DNA of 64,000 nucleotides from positions 1,920,001-1,984,000 of the forward strand of contig CBDCTJ010000007.1 of NCBI GenBank assembly GCA_965222115.1, in the 5' to 3' direction. This document shows, one piece after another, positions 55,673 through 64,000 of the stretch; the first letter of the stretch is position 1; each line of letters starts with the position of its first letter. The position numbers and the translations under genes were made by a program. This stretch comes from Planctomycetota bacterium. Its GTDB lineage: Bacteria; Planctomycetota; PLA2; JAEUHO01. The notes under the pieces are model-generated. The model had not been told where the DNA came from, did not search any database, and saw only the letters and a list, made by a program, of their open reading frames with translations.

Positions 55673-56671
55673 CTACGCGTGCTCCGGGTCAAACGATGAG
55701 TAGGCCGGGTAGGTCTTGAGCTCGGGATGGGGGCGCGACTTGAAGCGTTTCATGCGCCAATTCCAGAGTTCCGGTTGGGCTCGAATGACGTCACTGAGCA
55801 CGTCGTTGATGCGCGTTGTGAGTTCGAGCACCATCTCCGACGGCACATCACTTGTAAGACCTTGATTGAGGTCGGGGCCAATCCACACCCGGTAGCGCCC
55901 GTTTGGCTTGGGAAAACAGAACACGGGCAGGAGCGGCACGCGCGTATGGACTGCGAGCCACGCCGGGAGGGGCGTTGTGCGTGAGGGATGACTGAGGAAA
56001 GGCGAATAGATCCCGCCATACTTCTTGCGCACATTGCGGTCCACGAGGAGTGCAGCAATGCCGCCACGTCGAACGACCTTTGCAACCGCCGCAGCGCCGC
56101 CCTTGCGAAACACATTGACGAGATCGGCGTGGCTGCGCAGCTCTTCCATGATGACGTTTAGTGCGGGGTGAGTGCTCGGCTCGGCGAGAAACACAGTGGG
56201 CGGAAAGTCTTCAAAGGCGGTGCGCATACCCAGGAGCAATTCCCAGTTTCCCACGTGGCCTGAGACAAGCACGCCCCCTCGGGCGCGAAGGGCTTCAACC
56301 GTGGCGCCTTCGCTCGCGTCGGCAGGCAACTCGACCCAATCCAGAAACGACTTCTTGGTGAGGGGTTGCAAATGGAGCAAGAGCGCCACGGCACGTGTGG
56401 CCTGCCGATAGCTCGCCTTGTGAATGCGCTTCGCCTCGTTCTCGGGCAGTGACTCGCCGAGTACCGTGCGCATATTGACGCGTGCGATGTGCCACGCGCG
56501 GCGATCGAGCACGGATAGCGCGCTGCCCACACCATCGCCGGTTGCCAAAATCCAATGCGACGGGAGTGCGGTGACGATTTTGATGATGCCGCGAAAGATC
56601 CAGGTCATCGAGGTCCGCACCATGGGGTGGGCAAAGATGCGGTGGCGAAGCGGGAGACGATCGGAGGGCAT
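55673..56671 (-). CDS. Lipid A lauroyl/myristoyl (LpxL-type) acyltransferase
   Basis: SGHVGNWEL catalytic motif, ALLVDRN, IRAQPELWNWRMKRFK. Confidence 0.9.
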   Translation of the reverse strand: MPSDRLPLRHRIFAHPMVRTSMTWIFRGIIKIVTALPSHWILATGDGVGSALSVLDRRAWHIARVNMRTVLGESLPENEAKRIHKASYRQATRAVALLLHLQPLTKKSFLDWVELPADASEGATVEALRARGGVLVSGHVGNWELLLGMRTAFEDFPPTVFLAEPSTHPALNVIMEELRSHADLVNVFRKGGAAAVAKVVRRGGIAALLVDRNVRKKYGGIYSPFLSHPSRTTPLPAWLAVHTRVPLLPVFCFPKPNGRYRVWIGPDLNQGLTSDVPSEMVLELTTRINDVLSDVIRAQPELWNWRMKRFKSRPHPELKTYPAYSSFDPEHA

Positions 56672-56824
56672 GAGCGCGCATCCTACGGAGGGCAGACGCT
56701 CGATCGACGGGAAAGCCCGATGACGAATCTCACCGCGCTACCCGACGCGAATCGTGCGTTGACCGCGCGGCTGTGAATAATCAGGCCGCCGACCGTCTCG
56801 CGATCTACCGGAGCCGCATCGCCC

Positions 56825-57682
56825 ATGGCCACACCCACCGTGCGTCTCCAATTCGACGATCTAGCGCCCTACCTCCTACTCAAGAATGGGAACTTTCTCT
56901 ACAAGGTTCCGTATCAAAATGGGCACGCAGTCATCAAGGTCTACGTCGGAAGTCGCGGGCGCTGGGGTCGCTTCACGAAGAGTATCGCCAACGTCTGGTT
57001 GTATGGGCAGACCTCCTATTTTGTTGGGACGCGCCTGCGGATTGAGCGCGAATGCATGGAGCTTTGGCAGTCGCATGGCTTTCGAACATTTGAACTCTAC
57101 GATCACGTAACCGTGGACGCGCCGAACTGTCCCGAAGGTGCATACCTGGTGATGGAATATGTGGCGCGCCCGAAGCTCTTTGAAATCCTCTGCGACACAT
57201 CGCGGAGCGTGGAGAAACGGTTCGAAATCTACCGTCGCTTCTTGGCCGAGTGGAGTCGCCGGCACGAGTTGGCCATTGAACTCCAGGAACCCAAGTTGGT
57301 GCATGAGAACGGCGACGGCAAACACGCCATGTTGATGGAAGACGGTTCGTTTCTGTGGTTCGACTTCGAAATGATTTATCGCTCGCGCCGCCACACCGAT
57401 CGTCATGTGTCGCACGAAATTATGCAGTACATTTGGCAGATGCTTCGCAAGGTTCCCGCCGACATTCAAGCGGCGTTCTTGGAAGAGACGGTGACGCACT
57501 ATCCCGTGCCAAAGCGCCTCGAAGCAGCGCACGATCTCTTCTTGCGCCATCCGAATCTGTTCATGCGTATGGCGCGAGGGCTGGACCGACGTTTGACCAA
57601 GCGGGGGAAGAAACTCACCAGCAAGTACAACGTCGCGCGCAAACTTCGCGACGTTCTGCGTGAGTCGGGAAGGTGCTCGTAG
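56825..57682 (+). CDS. Atypical protein-kinase-fold (Kdo/LPS kinase-like) protein
   Basis: VIKVY, helix-C Glu (ERECM), hinge LVMEYV, loop VHENGDGKH, DFG-like WFDFE. Confidence 0.6.
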   Translation: MATPTVRLQFDDLAPYLLLKNGNFLYKVPYQNGHAVIKVYVGSRGRWGRFTKSIANVWLYGQTSYFVGTRLRIERECMELWQSHGFRTFELYDHVTVDAPNCPEGAYLVMEYVARPKLFEILCDTSRSVEKRFEIYRRFLAEWSRRHELAIELQEPKLVHENGDGKHAMLMEDGSFLWFDFEMIYRSRRHTDRHVSHEIMQYIWQMLRKVPADIQAAFLEETVTHYPVPKRLEAAHDLFLRHPNLFMRMARGLDRRLTKRGKKLTSKYNVARKLRDVLRESGRCS

Positions 57683-57686
57683 GCCC

Positions 57687-58502
57687 ATGAACACACTCCC
57701 GATGATTCCGGGGGGCACACTGGTCCAAGGTCCCAATGCGCGCGGCGGCAACATGCTCTATCGAGTTGCCACGCCCGACGGCGATCTCGCGCTCAAGCTC
57801 TATCGACAACGCAAGGCGGCTTGGCGTGCACCGTTTCGTCGGCTTGCACATGCGATCGAAGGTAAGCGGGGCACATCGCCAAGCGCCCGATGCGAAACCG
57901 AACGAAGGACGCTCGAATGTTGGCAGCGTCATGGCTTTTCGGCACCGCGGTGGATGGATCGTCCATGCCCCGACGATGTGAATCCTCCGTTTCTTTGGAT
58001 GACGTGGTTGGCCGGCGTCGTGCTTCGAACAGCGTTGGAAGATCCCGACGTGGGGTCGCAGCAAAAGTCGCGATGGATGGAAGCGCTTGCCGATTCGATG
58101 TCGGCGCGCCACACGTGTGCTCTGGCAGAACGCGAGCCGTTGCTGATTCCCGAACATCCTCACGTACAACACGTGATCGTGCATGAAGACAGCGTGTCCG
58201 TGTTCGATCACGAGGGGGGATACGCACCGCGTTATCCAATTCGCCAGGCCATTGCTGCCGAGTTGGCGGGAACCGTTCGCTCCGCCTTGCGCGCGGCGCC
58301 GAACATGGAACGCGAGCTAGTGACGTCGTTCGTGATGGGCTACAAGGAACGAGACCGGGCAGTGACCATTTGCAAAGAGGCCCTCGAAGGGCGCGGAATC
58401 ACACGGCGCGTTCACCGTTGGGACGACGAACGTAGACGTCCCGACTTCAGCAAAGCGAAAGCACTGCGTATGCTGCTCGGCGCGTTTCGTACAGCAACGT
58501 AG
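57687..58502 (+). CDS. Second atypical kinase-fold protein, paralog of the upstream gene
   Basis: ALKLY, ERRTLECWQRHGF, LWMTWL, IPEHPHVQH, VFDHE. Confidence 0.55.
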   Translation: MNTLPMIPGGTLVQGPNARGGNMLYRVATPDGDLALKLYRQRKAAWRAPFRRLAHAIEGKRGTSPSARCETERRTLECWQRHGFSAPRWMDRPCPDDVNPPFLWMTWLAGVVLRTALEDPDVGSQQKSRWMEALADSMSARHTCALAEREPLLIPEHPHVQHVIVHEDSVSVFDHEGGYAPRYPIRQAIAAELAGTVRSALRAAPNMERELVTSFVMGYKERDRAVTICKEALEGRGITRRVHRWDDERRRPDFSKAKALRMLLGAFRTAT

Positions 58503-58526
58503 CCCAGCACATTGACGTCGCGTTCC

Positions 58527-58688
58527 TTATGCGACGACCGCCAGTAGCACGGCGAGCATCACCATGACGGCGGCCCAGCCTTCGCCGGCGCATTCGCCGA
58601 CGAGTCGCTGCAATGCGTCCGAGAAACGAGAGTCGTTTCTGTCTTCCAGGTTGACGCTTCGGTAGTAGGCGGTTCGGTTTGTGGACAT
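58527..58688 (-). CDS. Small 53-aa protein with a C-terminal hydrophobic helix (absent from the ORF track)
   Basis: AGGAGG SD before ATG; MSTNRTAYYRSVNLEDRNDSRFSDALQRLVGECAGEGWAAVMVMLAVLLAVVA; fills an intergenic gap. Confidence 0.6.
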   Translation of the reverse strand: MSTNRTAYYRSVNLEDRNDSRFSDALQRLVGECAGEGWAAVMVMLAVLLAVVA

Positions 58689-58864
58689 GGCAGATCCCTC
58701 CTGCTGGGACCGAAAGTAGTGTTAGTGTCGGACAGCTCCCGCGCGGCCGCCCTAAGTTGCGTGTTTTCATGTGGTTGCGGCGTTTTGGGTGCGAGTGGAG
58801 GCGCTCACGGCGTTGCGCTCGGACTCCACTGCCGGCGCTGACGCGCGCTCGGTAGGCTCGGGTG

Positions 58865-60646
58865 ATGCGGAATTCAGCTCTTTCGGATCTCACCAGGACG
58901 TCGGTGTGGATCCTTCTCGTGTTGGTAGGCGTTGCCATTGTTGGGGGCGGGCGCGGCGAACTCGCGCGGGCGGACGGCGAATCTGAGAACAAGGCGGCGC
59001 CAGCCTTGCGCTACCTCACATCGAGCGACGTGATGCAAACGCTCAAGCAGTTGAAGCTAGATCACACGATGCCCGAAGGCATGGATTGCCTCGTGCTCAA
59101 GTACGGCAAGAGCGCACTCGATCGACCACTTGCTGCGATATTCATAGGCCGTAAACAGGCGCCCACCGTCTTGGTGCACGGTGGACTCATGGACCGAGAT
59201 TGTGCTGGTACCGTCGCTTGCGTGGAATTGGCGCGTCGCATCCTCGCCAATATTGACACCCATACGAAGTCTGTCTCGTGGCTCATCATTCCCGCGCCGC
59301 ATCCCGATGCGCTCGATGCGTTTCTGGCGGGAAGACCTAGTAGAACGCACAAGTCCTACTTGGTGGATCGCGACTTGGATGGCACACGCGGGGAGGACGG
59401 ACCGCACGATATCAATGGCGACGGTGTGGTTGCCGAGATGCGAATACGAGATGCATCCGGTACCTGGGTTCCCAGCGAAAAGGACAACGAGTCTTCAAAG
59501 AAAGACGAATCAGAGGCATCGCCGAGTTCAGGCCGGGAAGAAATGGAAGACGCCGGTGTGGATGCGCGCCGTGCCGTGTCATACCGGCTGTTGGACGAAG
59601 GTGCGGACCTCGATGGGGATGGTGAAATCGGGGAAGACCCACCGTCGCTCGACCTCAGTCGCAACATGACCGGTTATTGGACGCACGCGGGTCCGTGGGG
59701 TGGCGAAGGGCCTTTTCCTGGGTGGGCGCCCGAGACGAAGGCGCTCATGGATCTCACGTACGGCATCACAAATTTGGTGGCCTGGTACAGCTTCACCAGT
59801 TCGGGCGATGAAATCCTCCGCGCGAATGCCAATGGAAAGATCAACGATGCCGATGGCGCCCTCTACAAGCGCATTGCCGCCGCTTTGAAAGAACGCGTCG
59901 GCCTCAAGACCATCAAAGCATCCGACTCCTACGAAGCGGGCAATCCTGGTTGCGATCTCGACTGGGCGGGTGTTCACCTCACTGTGCCGGCGTTTCGCGT
60001 TCCCATTTGGCGCTTGCCGATGATGCCTATGAAGAAAGCGGCGAAGGACTCTTCTAACGATGAGGAGGTCAAGAAGAGCAAGGCAAAGGATGAGGCGAAA
60101 CCAAAGCCATACGCCTCTTGGCTGGCGTGGGATGAAGCCGAAAACGGCGGGGAAGGGTTCATGCCTTGGACTGCACACAAGCATCCAACGTTGGGTGACG
60201 TGGAACTAGGAGGCTGGAAACCCTTCTATCGCTATGAGCCCCCCGAGTCTTATCTCTCCGCGGCAGTTGCGGCAGTCGTCGAAGCGCCACTTGTTCACAG
60301 CGAGTTTGCGCCGGCGTTGAAGCTTACGTTTGAAACCAAGTCGCTCGGGGTAGGCATTGTTGAAGTCACCGCACGAGTCATGAACGTTGGCCACGTGCCT
60401 ACCAGCACAGCGAGTGCCCGTAAGCGCAAGCGCTCCATGAGCGTGCGCGTGGAATGGGACCTAGCGGGTGACGTCACGCTTGTTGGCGGAAAGCGTCACG
60501 TGCGGGTTGGACACTTGGACGCAGGCAAGGCGTCCAAAGAACTGCGTTGGCTTCTCAGGAAGAATGATGGGGCGGCGCTTCTGGGCACGCTCAAAGCTCG
60601 GCATCGTGTCGCGGGATCGGTTTCGGAGGAGGTTCGGGTTCCATGA
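58865..60646 (+). CDS. M14 zinc carboxypeptidase-like protein lacking Zn ligands
   Basis: Signal/TM, YGKSALDRPL, PHPDA, DxDxDG repeats, LSRN, PET; HxxE replaced by MDRD. Confidence 0.7.
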   Translation: MRNSALSDLTRTSVWILLVLVGVAIVGGGRGELARADGESENKAAPALRYLTSSDVMQTLKQLKLDHTMPEGMDCLVLKYGKSALDRPLAAIFIGRKQAPTVLVHGGLMDRDCAGTVACVELARRILANIDTHTKSVSWLIIPAPHPDALDAFLAGRPSRTHKSYLVDRDLDGTRGEDGPHDINGDGVVAEMRIRDASGTWVPSEKDNESSKKDESEASPSSGREEMEDAGVDARRAVSYRLLDEGADLDGDGEIGEDPPSLDLSRNMTGYWTHAGPWGGEGPFPGWAPETKALMDLTYGITNLVAWYSFTSSGDEILRANANGKINDADGALYKRIAAALKERVGLKTIKASDSYEAGNPGCDLDWAGVHLTVPAFRVPIWRLPMMPMKKAAKDSSNDEEVKKSKAKDEAKPKPYASWLAWDEAENGGEGFMPWTAHKHPTLGDVELGGWKPFYRYEPPESYLSAAVAAVVEAPLVHSEFAPALKLTFETKSLGVGIVEVTARVMNVGHVPTSTASARKRKRSMSVRVEWDLAGDVTLVGGKRHVRVGHLDAGKASKELRWLLRKNDGAALLGTLKARHRVAGSVSEEVRVP

Positions 60647-63600
60647 AGCTGTTACGCCTATTGGCATTGGCATGTGTAGTTGCCGTACTTGCACCGTCGT
60701 CTGAAGCCAAAGACGCAGGTTACAGCACGCTGCCGAAGACGGTGAGAGACATTCACTTCGAGCGCTACTACGACGTGGAGGCGCTTTATGCTGCGATGAA
60801 GGTGTTGCATGCGGCTTATCCCAAGGCGTCTACGCTTGAATCCATGGGCAAGAGCCGAGAAGGCCGTGAGCTCTTGGTGATGACCATCTTTGATCCCGCG
60901 ACGGGCGATCCCCACAGAAAGCCGGCCATGTACGTGGACGGGAATACGCATGGCAACGAGGTCCAAGCGTCCGAAGTGTGCCTCTGGATTGTCAAGACAT
61001 TGCTTACGAGAAACGATGCGTGGACCAAGTCCCTCCTGCGTCATGTCACATTTTACGTAGCGCCCTGCGTCAATCCGGATAGCCGCCACCGTTTTTTTCA
61101 CACGCCTCAAACGCCACACTCTCCGCGCGGTGTCATGCGTCCGGTAGACAACGACCGCGACGGCTTGATTGATGAAGATGGGCCCGACGACTTGGACGGC
61201 GATGGCCACATCTTGCAGATGCGCATCAAAGATCCCGATGGCGATCGCGTCGTTGATGAACACGATGACCGACTGATGCGACGTACGAAGGCTGGCGAGA
61301 AGGGCACCTATCGCATGCTGGGCCGCGAGGGTCGCGACGACGACCAAGACGGTCTGTTCAACGAGGACGGCGAAGGCAGTGTGGATCCCAATCGCAACTG
61401 GCCCGGACATTGGCGACCCAATGCGGAACAGCGCGGGGCAGGACCGTATCCACTTTCGGAGCCGGAGACGCGTGCCACGGCGCTATGGATGTTGGGTCGT
61501 CCGCACATTGCGGGCGTTCAGAGTTTCCACAACGCGGGCCGCATGATTCTGAGGCCCCCAGCGGCGTTTACCGACAAGGAAGCCGGCCTGTTGGGTGCCG
61601 ACAAGAAGCTCTACGAAGAACTTCAGCAACGCGGCCTCCACATTCTGCCTACCTATCGCGCCCTGCAGATTCGCGAGGATCTCTACCGCGTGTATGGCGG
61701 CTTCGTCGATTGGACTTACTTCGATCTAGGCATCTTTTCGTTTACCAATGAACTGTGGGGCGATCTCGACTACGAGCGGCCCTATGACGACAACGAGAGT
61801 TCGGTTGAGAAGCAGCGCGCGCGCTTGAAGTGGAACGACCACGCACTTCACGGCGGCGGCTTTGAGCGATGGCGTGAAATCGATCATCCCGATCTTGGCA
61901 AAGTCGAGGTGGGCGGTTGGAAGCGATTTACAGTCCGCTCCAACCCGGTGGATTATCTGCAGAATACGTGTGCTCGAAACGGGCGCTTCGCTTTGGAGCA
62001 CGCCGCGTCGCTGCCTCGCGTGTCGATGACTATCGCTGCGGTCAAAGACGACCCCACGGCATGGGATGTCACGCTCACCAACGATGGGTTGTTGCCCACC
62101 ATTGGTGCCATGGCCAAGAAGCACGGTGTCTTGCCGCCGGATCGCATACGTATGAGTGGAGCCAAGATTGTTGCGGCCGTTCGTCGGAAGACTGCCGCGC
62201 CCAGCACGCCTCTTCCCGTGGAGAGAGGCGTCGTGGAGCTTGAAGGGGGCGTGCCGAGTAAAGGCCGCGTTATGCTGCGCGTGTTTGTGGAGGGCGACGT
62301 TACCGGTGCATCGCTTTCGAGTCGCTTGGGCGGTGAGATTGACGCTGCAGTTGATAAGTCCACGCCAGCCGACAAGGGCGCGAACGAAGGCGACAAAGGC
62401 GACGGAAGTAGCGCCGGGAGCGACGATCGAGTTGAGCGCAGCGAGCGCCCGCAGCCCCTCCCCAAGAACCCTGTTCCCAATCCGAACAAACCAGTTGGTG
62501 AACTCGTTGACACAGACGAAGAGTCCGGCGACAGCCCTTGGTTTACGAACATCGCCGCAGACGTTGGACTCGGTGACGCTCAGGCGAAAGGATGCGTACT
62601 CACCGATTTGAATGGCGACGGCTACTGGGACCTCTGCCTCGACAAACAGCGCTTTTATCTAAGCAAGAAGGGCGAGAAATTTACACCCCATGAGAAACAC
62701 GGAATCGAGTTTCCGGTTGTAAACCATGTGCCTCTTGGCAAAGATGGCAAGGGCAATATGGCCAAGGCCAAGGAGAGGCCTCACGTTCCGCAGTATCTCT
62801 ACTTCGCCGACGTCAACAATGACGGTAATCAGGACGCGCTTTGGGGCGTGCACAGTTCATGGGACGTGTTCACTGGACGCGCTTGGAAACGCGTGCCCGA
62901 GTGCGACCACGGGTTACGCAGTCGTGTGTATCTGGGCGATGGCAATGGCGGCTTCAAAGCCGGACCCACGTCAGAGTACACAAGTGACGAGAAAGCAGGC
63001 CCTGCGATGGCATTGGCCATTGTTGACGTCGACGGCGACGGTGTGCTCGATTTGTATGAAGGGCGCGAGTACCGACAGTACGGTGTGCTTTACGGATGTG
63101 GCGTAGACCGGCTTTTTGCCGGTGATGGGAAAGGCGGATTCAAGGACCGTACAAACCAAGCCAATCTTGAAACGCGGCCCGAACCCGGAACAAAGACCAG
63201 CTCACGGCCCAGCTATGGCGTGACGCACTGCGACTACAACAATGATGGGCACCAGGATCTGCTGCAACTTGCGTATGGCCGTCAATGGAATTACCTGTGG
63301 AAGAATAATGGAGATGGCACGTTTACAGATGTTGGCCACGAGACCAACTTTGCCGGTGACGCCATCACTCATGGCAAGTACCCGCGTGGAAACAAACGGC
63401 GTCCCGAGCAACCGTTTCGAAGCAATGGCAATACGTTTGATTGCGCGGTGGGCGACGTGGACAACGACGGCGACATGGACTTGTTCCTTGGATGCATCTG
63501 CCACCGTTGGGCGGGTGAAGCTTCGGATCTGCCGTCGATGCTCTGGAACGAGGGCGAAAAGAACCACTTCAAGTTTCGACGCGAAACGGTGGTGGATCTC

Positions 63601-64000
63601 TTGCCGAAGCGCGAGTTCCGAAGTCCGAACTGGAACTACGGCGATCTTCATGTGGCCTTCGCCGACATAGACAACGATACGCGTTTGGATCTACTGATTG
63701 GCAGCGGCGACTATCCCGATGGGCAGTTCCTGCGTTGCTACCGGCAAAAGGAAGACGGCAAATTCGAAGAAGTCACCGTGGCGTGCGGATTCAACTGGGA
63801 AGGCTGTGGTGCTCTGTCCATCGGAGATATCGACCGTGATGGCGACGTGGACATCGTTGCCGGGCGTTCGCTACAACGACTCAATAAGGCCCATCGCGAG
63901 AAATATATGGGCGGCCTTGAGAAGGGTGTCGTTGGCATATTCCGCAATGACATCAACAATGGAAACCATTGGCTCAATGTGCGCCTACGCGGCAAAGGCA
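60643..64000 (+). CDS. M14 carboxypeptidase fused to FG-GAP repeats / start of an ASPIC-UnbV (CRTAC1-like) domain; 3' end outside the window
   Basis: ATGA overlap; signal MKLLRLLALACVVAVLA; DGNTHGNE, NRNWP, SFHN, FTNELW; from ~62530 DLNGDG, DVNNDG, DVDGDG, DYNNDG, DIDRDG repeats, ending NHWLNVRLRG. Segments read by eye stay in frame, and the ORF track lists no stop-terminated ORF in this frame. Confidence 0.85.
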   Translation, partial: MKLLRLLALACVVAVLAPSSEAKDAGYSTLPKTVRDIHFERYYDVEALYAAMKVLHAAYPKASTLESMGKSREGRELLVMTIFDPATGDPHRKPAMYVDGNTHGNEVQASEVCLWIVKTLLTRNDAWTKSLLRHVTFYVAPCVNPDSRHRFFHTPQTPHSPRGVMRPVDNDRDGLIDEDGPDDLDGDGHILQMRIKDPDGDRVVDEHDDRLMRRTKAGEKGTYRMLGREGRDDDQDGLFNEDGEGSVDPNRNWPGHWRPNAEQRGAGPYPLSEPETRATALWMLGRPHIAGVQSFHNAGRMILRPPAAFTDKEAGLLGADKKLYEELQQRGLHILPTYRALQIREDLYRVYGGFVDWTYFDLGIFSFTNELWGDLDYERPYDDNESSVEKQRARLKWNDHALHGGGFERWREIDHPDLGKVEVGGWKRFTVRSNPVDYLQNTCARNGRFALEHAASLPRVSMTIAAVKDDPTAWDVTLTNDGLLPTIGAMAKKHGVLPPDRIRMSGAKIVAAVRRKTAAPSTPLPVERGVVELEGGVPSKGRVMLRVFVEGDVTGASLSSRLGGEIDAAVDKSTPADKGANEGDKGDGSSAGSDDRVERSERPQPLPKNPVPNPNKPVGELVDTDEESGDSPWFTNIAADVGLGDAQAKGCVLTDLNGDGYWDLCLDKQRFYLSKKGEKFTPHEKHGIEFPVVNHVPLGKDGKGNMAKAKERPHVPQYLYFADVNNDGNQDALWGVHSSWDVFTGRAWKRVPECDHGLRSRVYLGDGNGGFKAGPTSEYTSDEKAGPAMALAIVDVDGDGVLDLYEGREYRQYGVLYGCGVDRLFAGDGKGGFKDRTNQANLETRPEPGTKTSSRPSYGVTHCDYNNDGHQDLLQLAYGRQWNYLWKNNGDGTFTDVGHETNFAGDAITHGKYPRGNKRRPEQPFRSNGNTFDCAVGDVDNDGDMDLFLGCICHRWAGEASDLPSMLWNEGEKNHFKFRRETVVDLLPKREFRSPNWNYGDLHVAFADIDNDTRLDLLIGSGDYPDGQFLRCYRQKEDGKFEEVTVACGFNWEGCGALSIGDIDRDGDVDIVAGRSLQRLNKAHREKYMGGLEKGVVGIFRNDINNGNHWLNVRLRGKG

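Overview
GC-rich bacterial chromosomal window, most likely from an uncultured Planctomycetota-like lineage (inference from gene content and protein style). It holds a housekeeping backbone (dnaX, recR, rpoN, truA, hpf, PTS EIIA/HPr/EI, an RNase E/G, rplU, rpmA, obgE, coaX, pyrC, glmS, efp) interleaved with envelope and secretion genes. These include a pilM-pilN-pilO/P-pilQ operon, a PilT/U ATPase, a GspC-like PDZ protein, two large paralogous Ig-like lipoproteins, a 1862-aa GspK/PilX-like protein with phage-type structural repeats, and a multiheme cytochrome/DUF1573 pair. It also encodes RsbW/RsbU-like signalling proteins, two divergent ECF sigma factors, lipid acyltransferases next to two atypical kinase-fold proteins, and a tandem M14 peptidase pair; the second M14 gene is fused to FG-GAP repeats and runs off the window. 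No rRNA, tRNA, CRISPR array or transposase was recognised. Recurrent themes are a dispersed hybrid T4aP/T2SS filament system, large disordered insertions inside core enzymes (sigma-54, RNase E/G), several apparent pseudo-enzymes, and -10 boxes directly before SD-less start codons (candidate leaderless mRNAs). All calls come from motif recognition by eye; no database searches were run.
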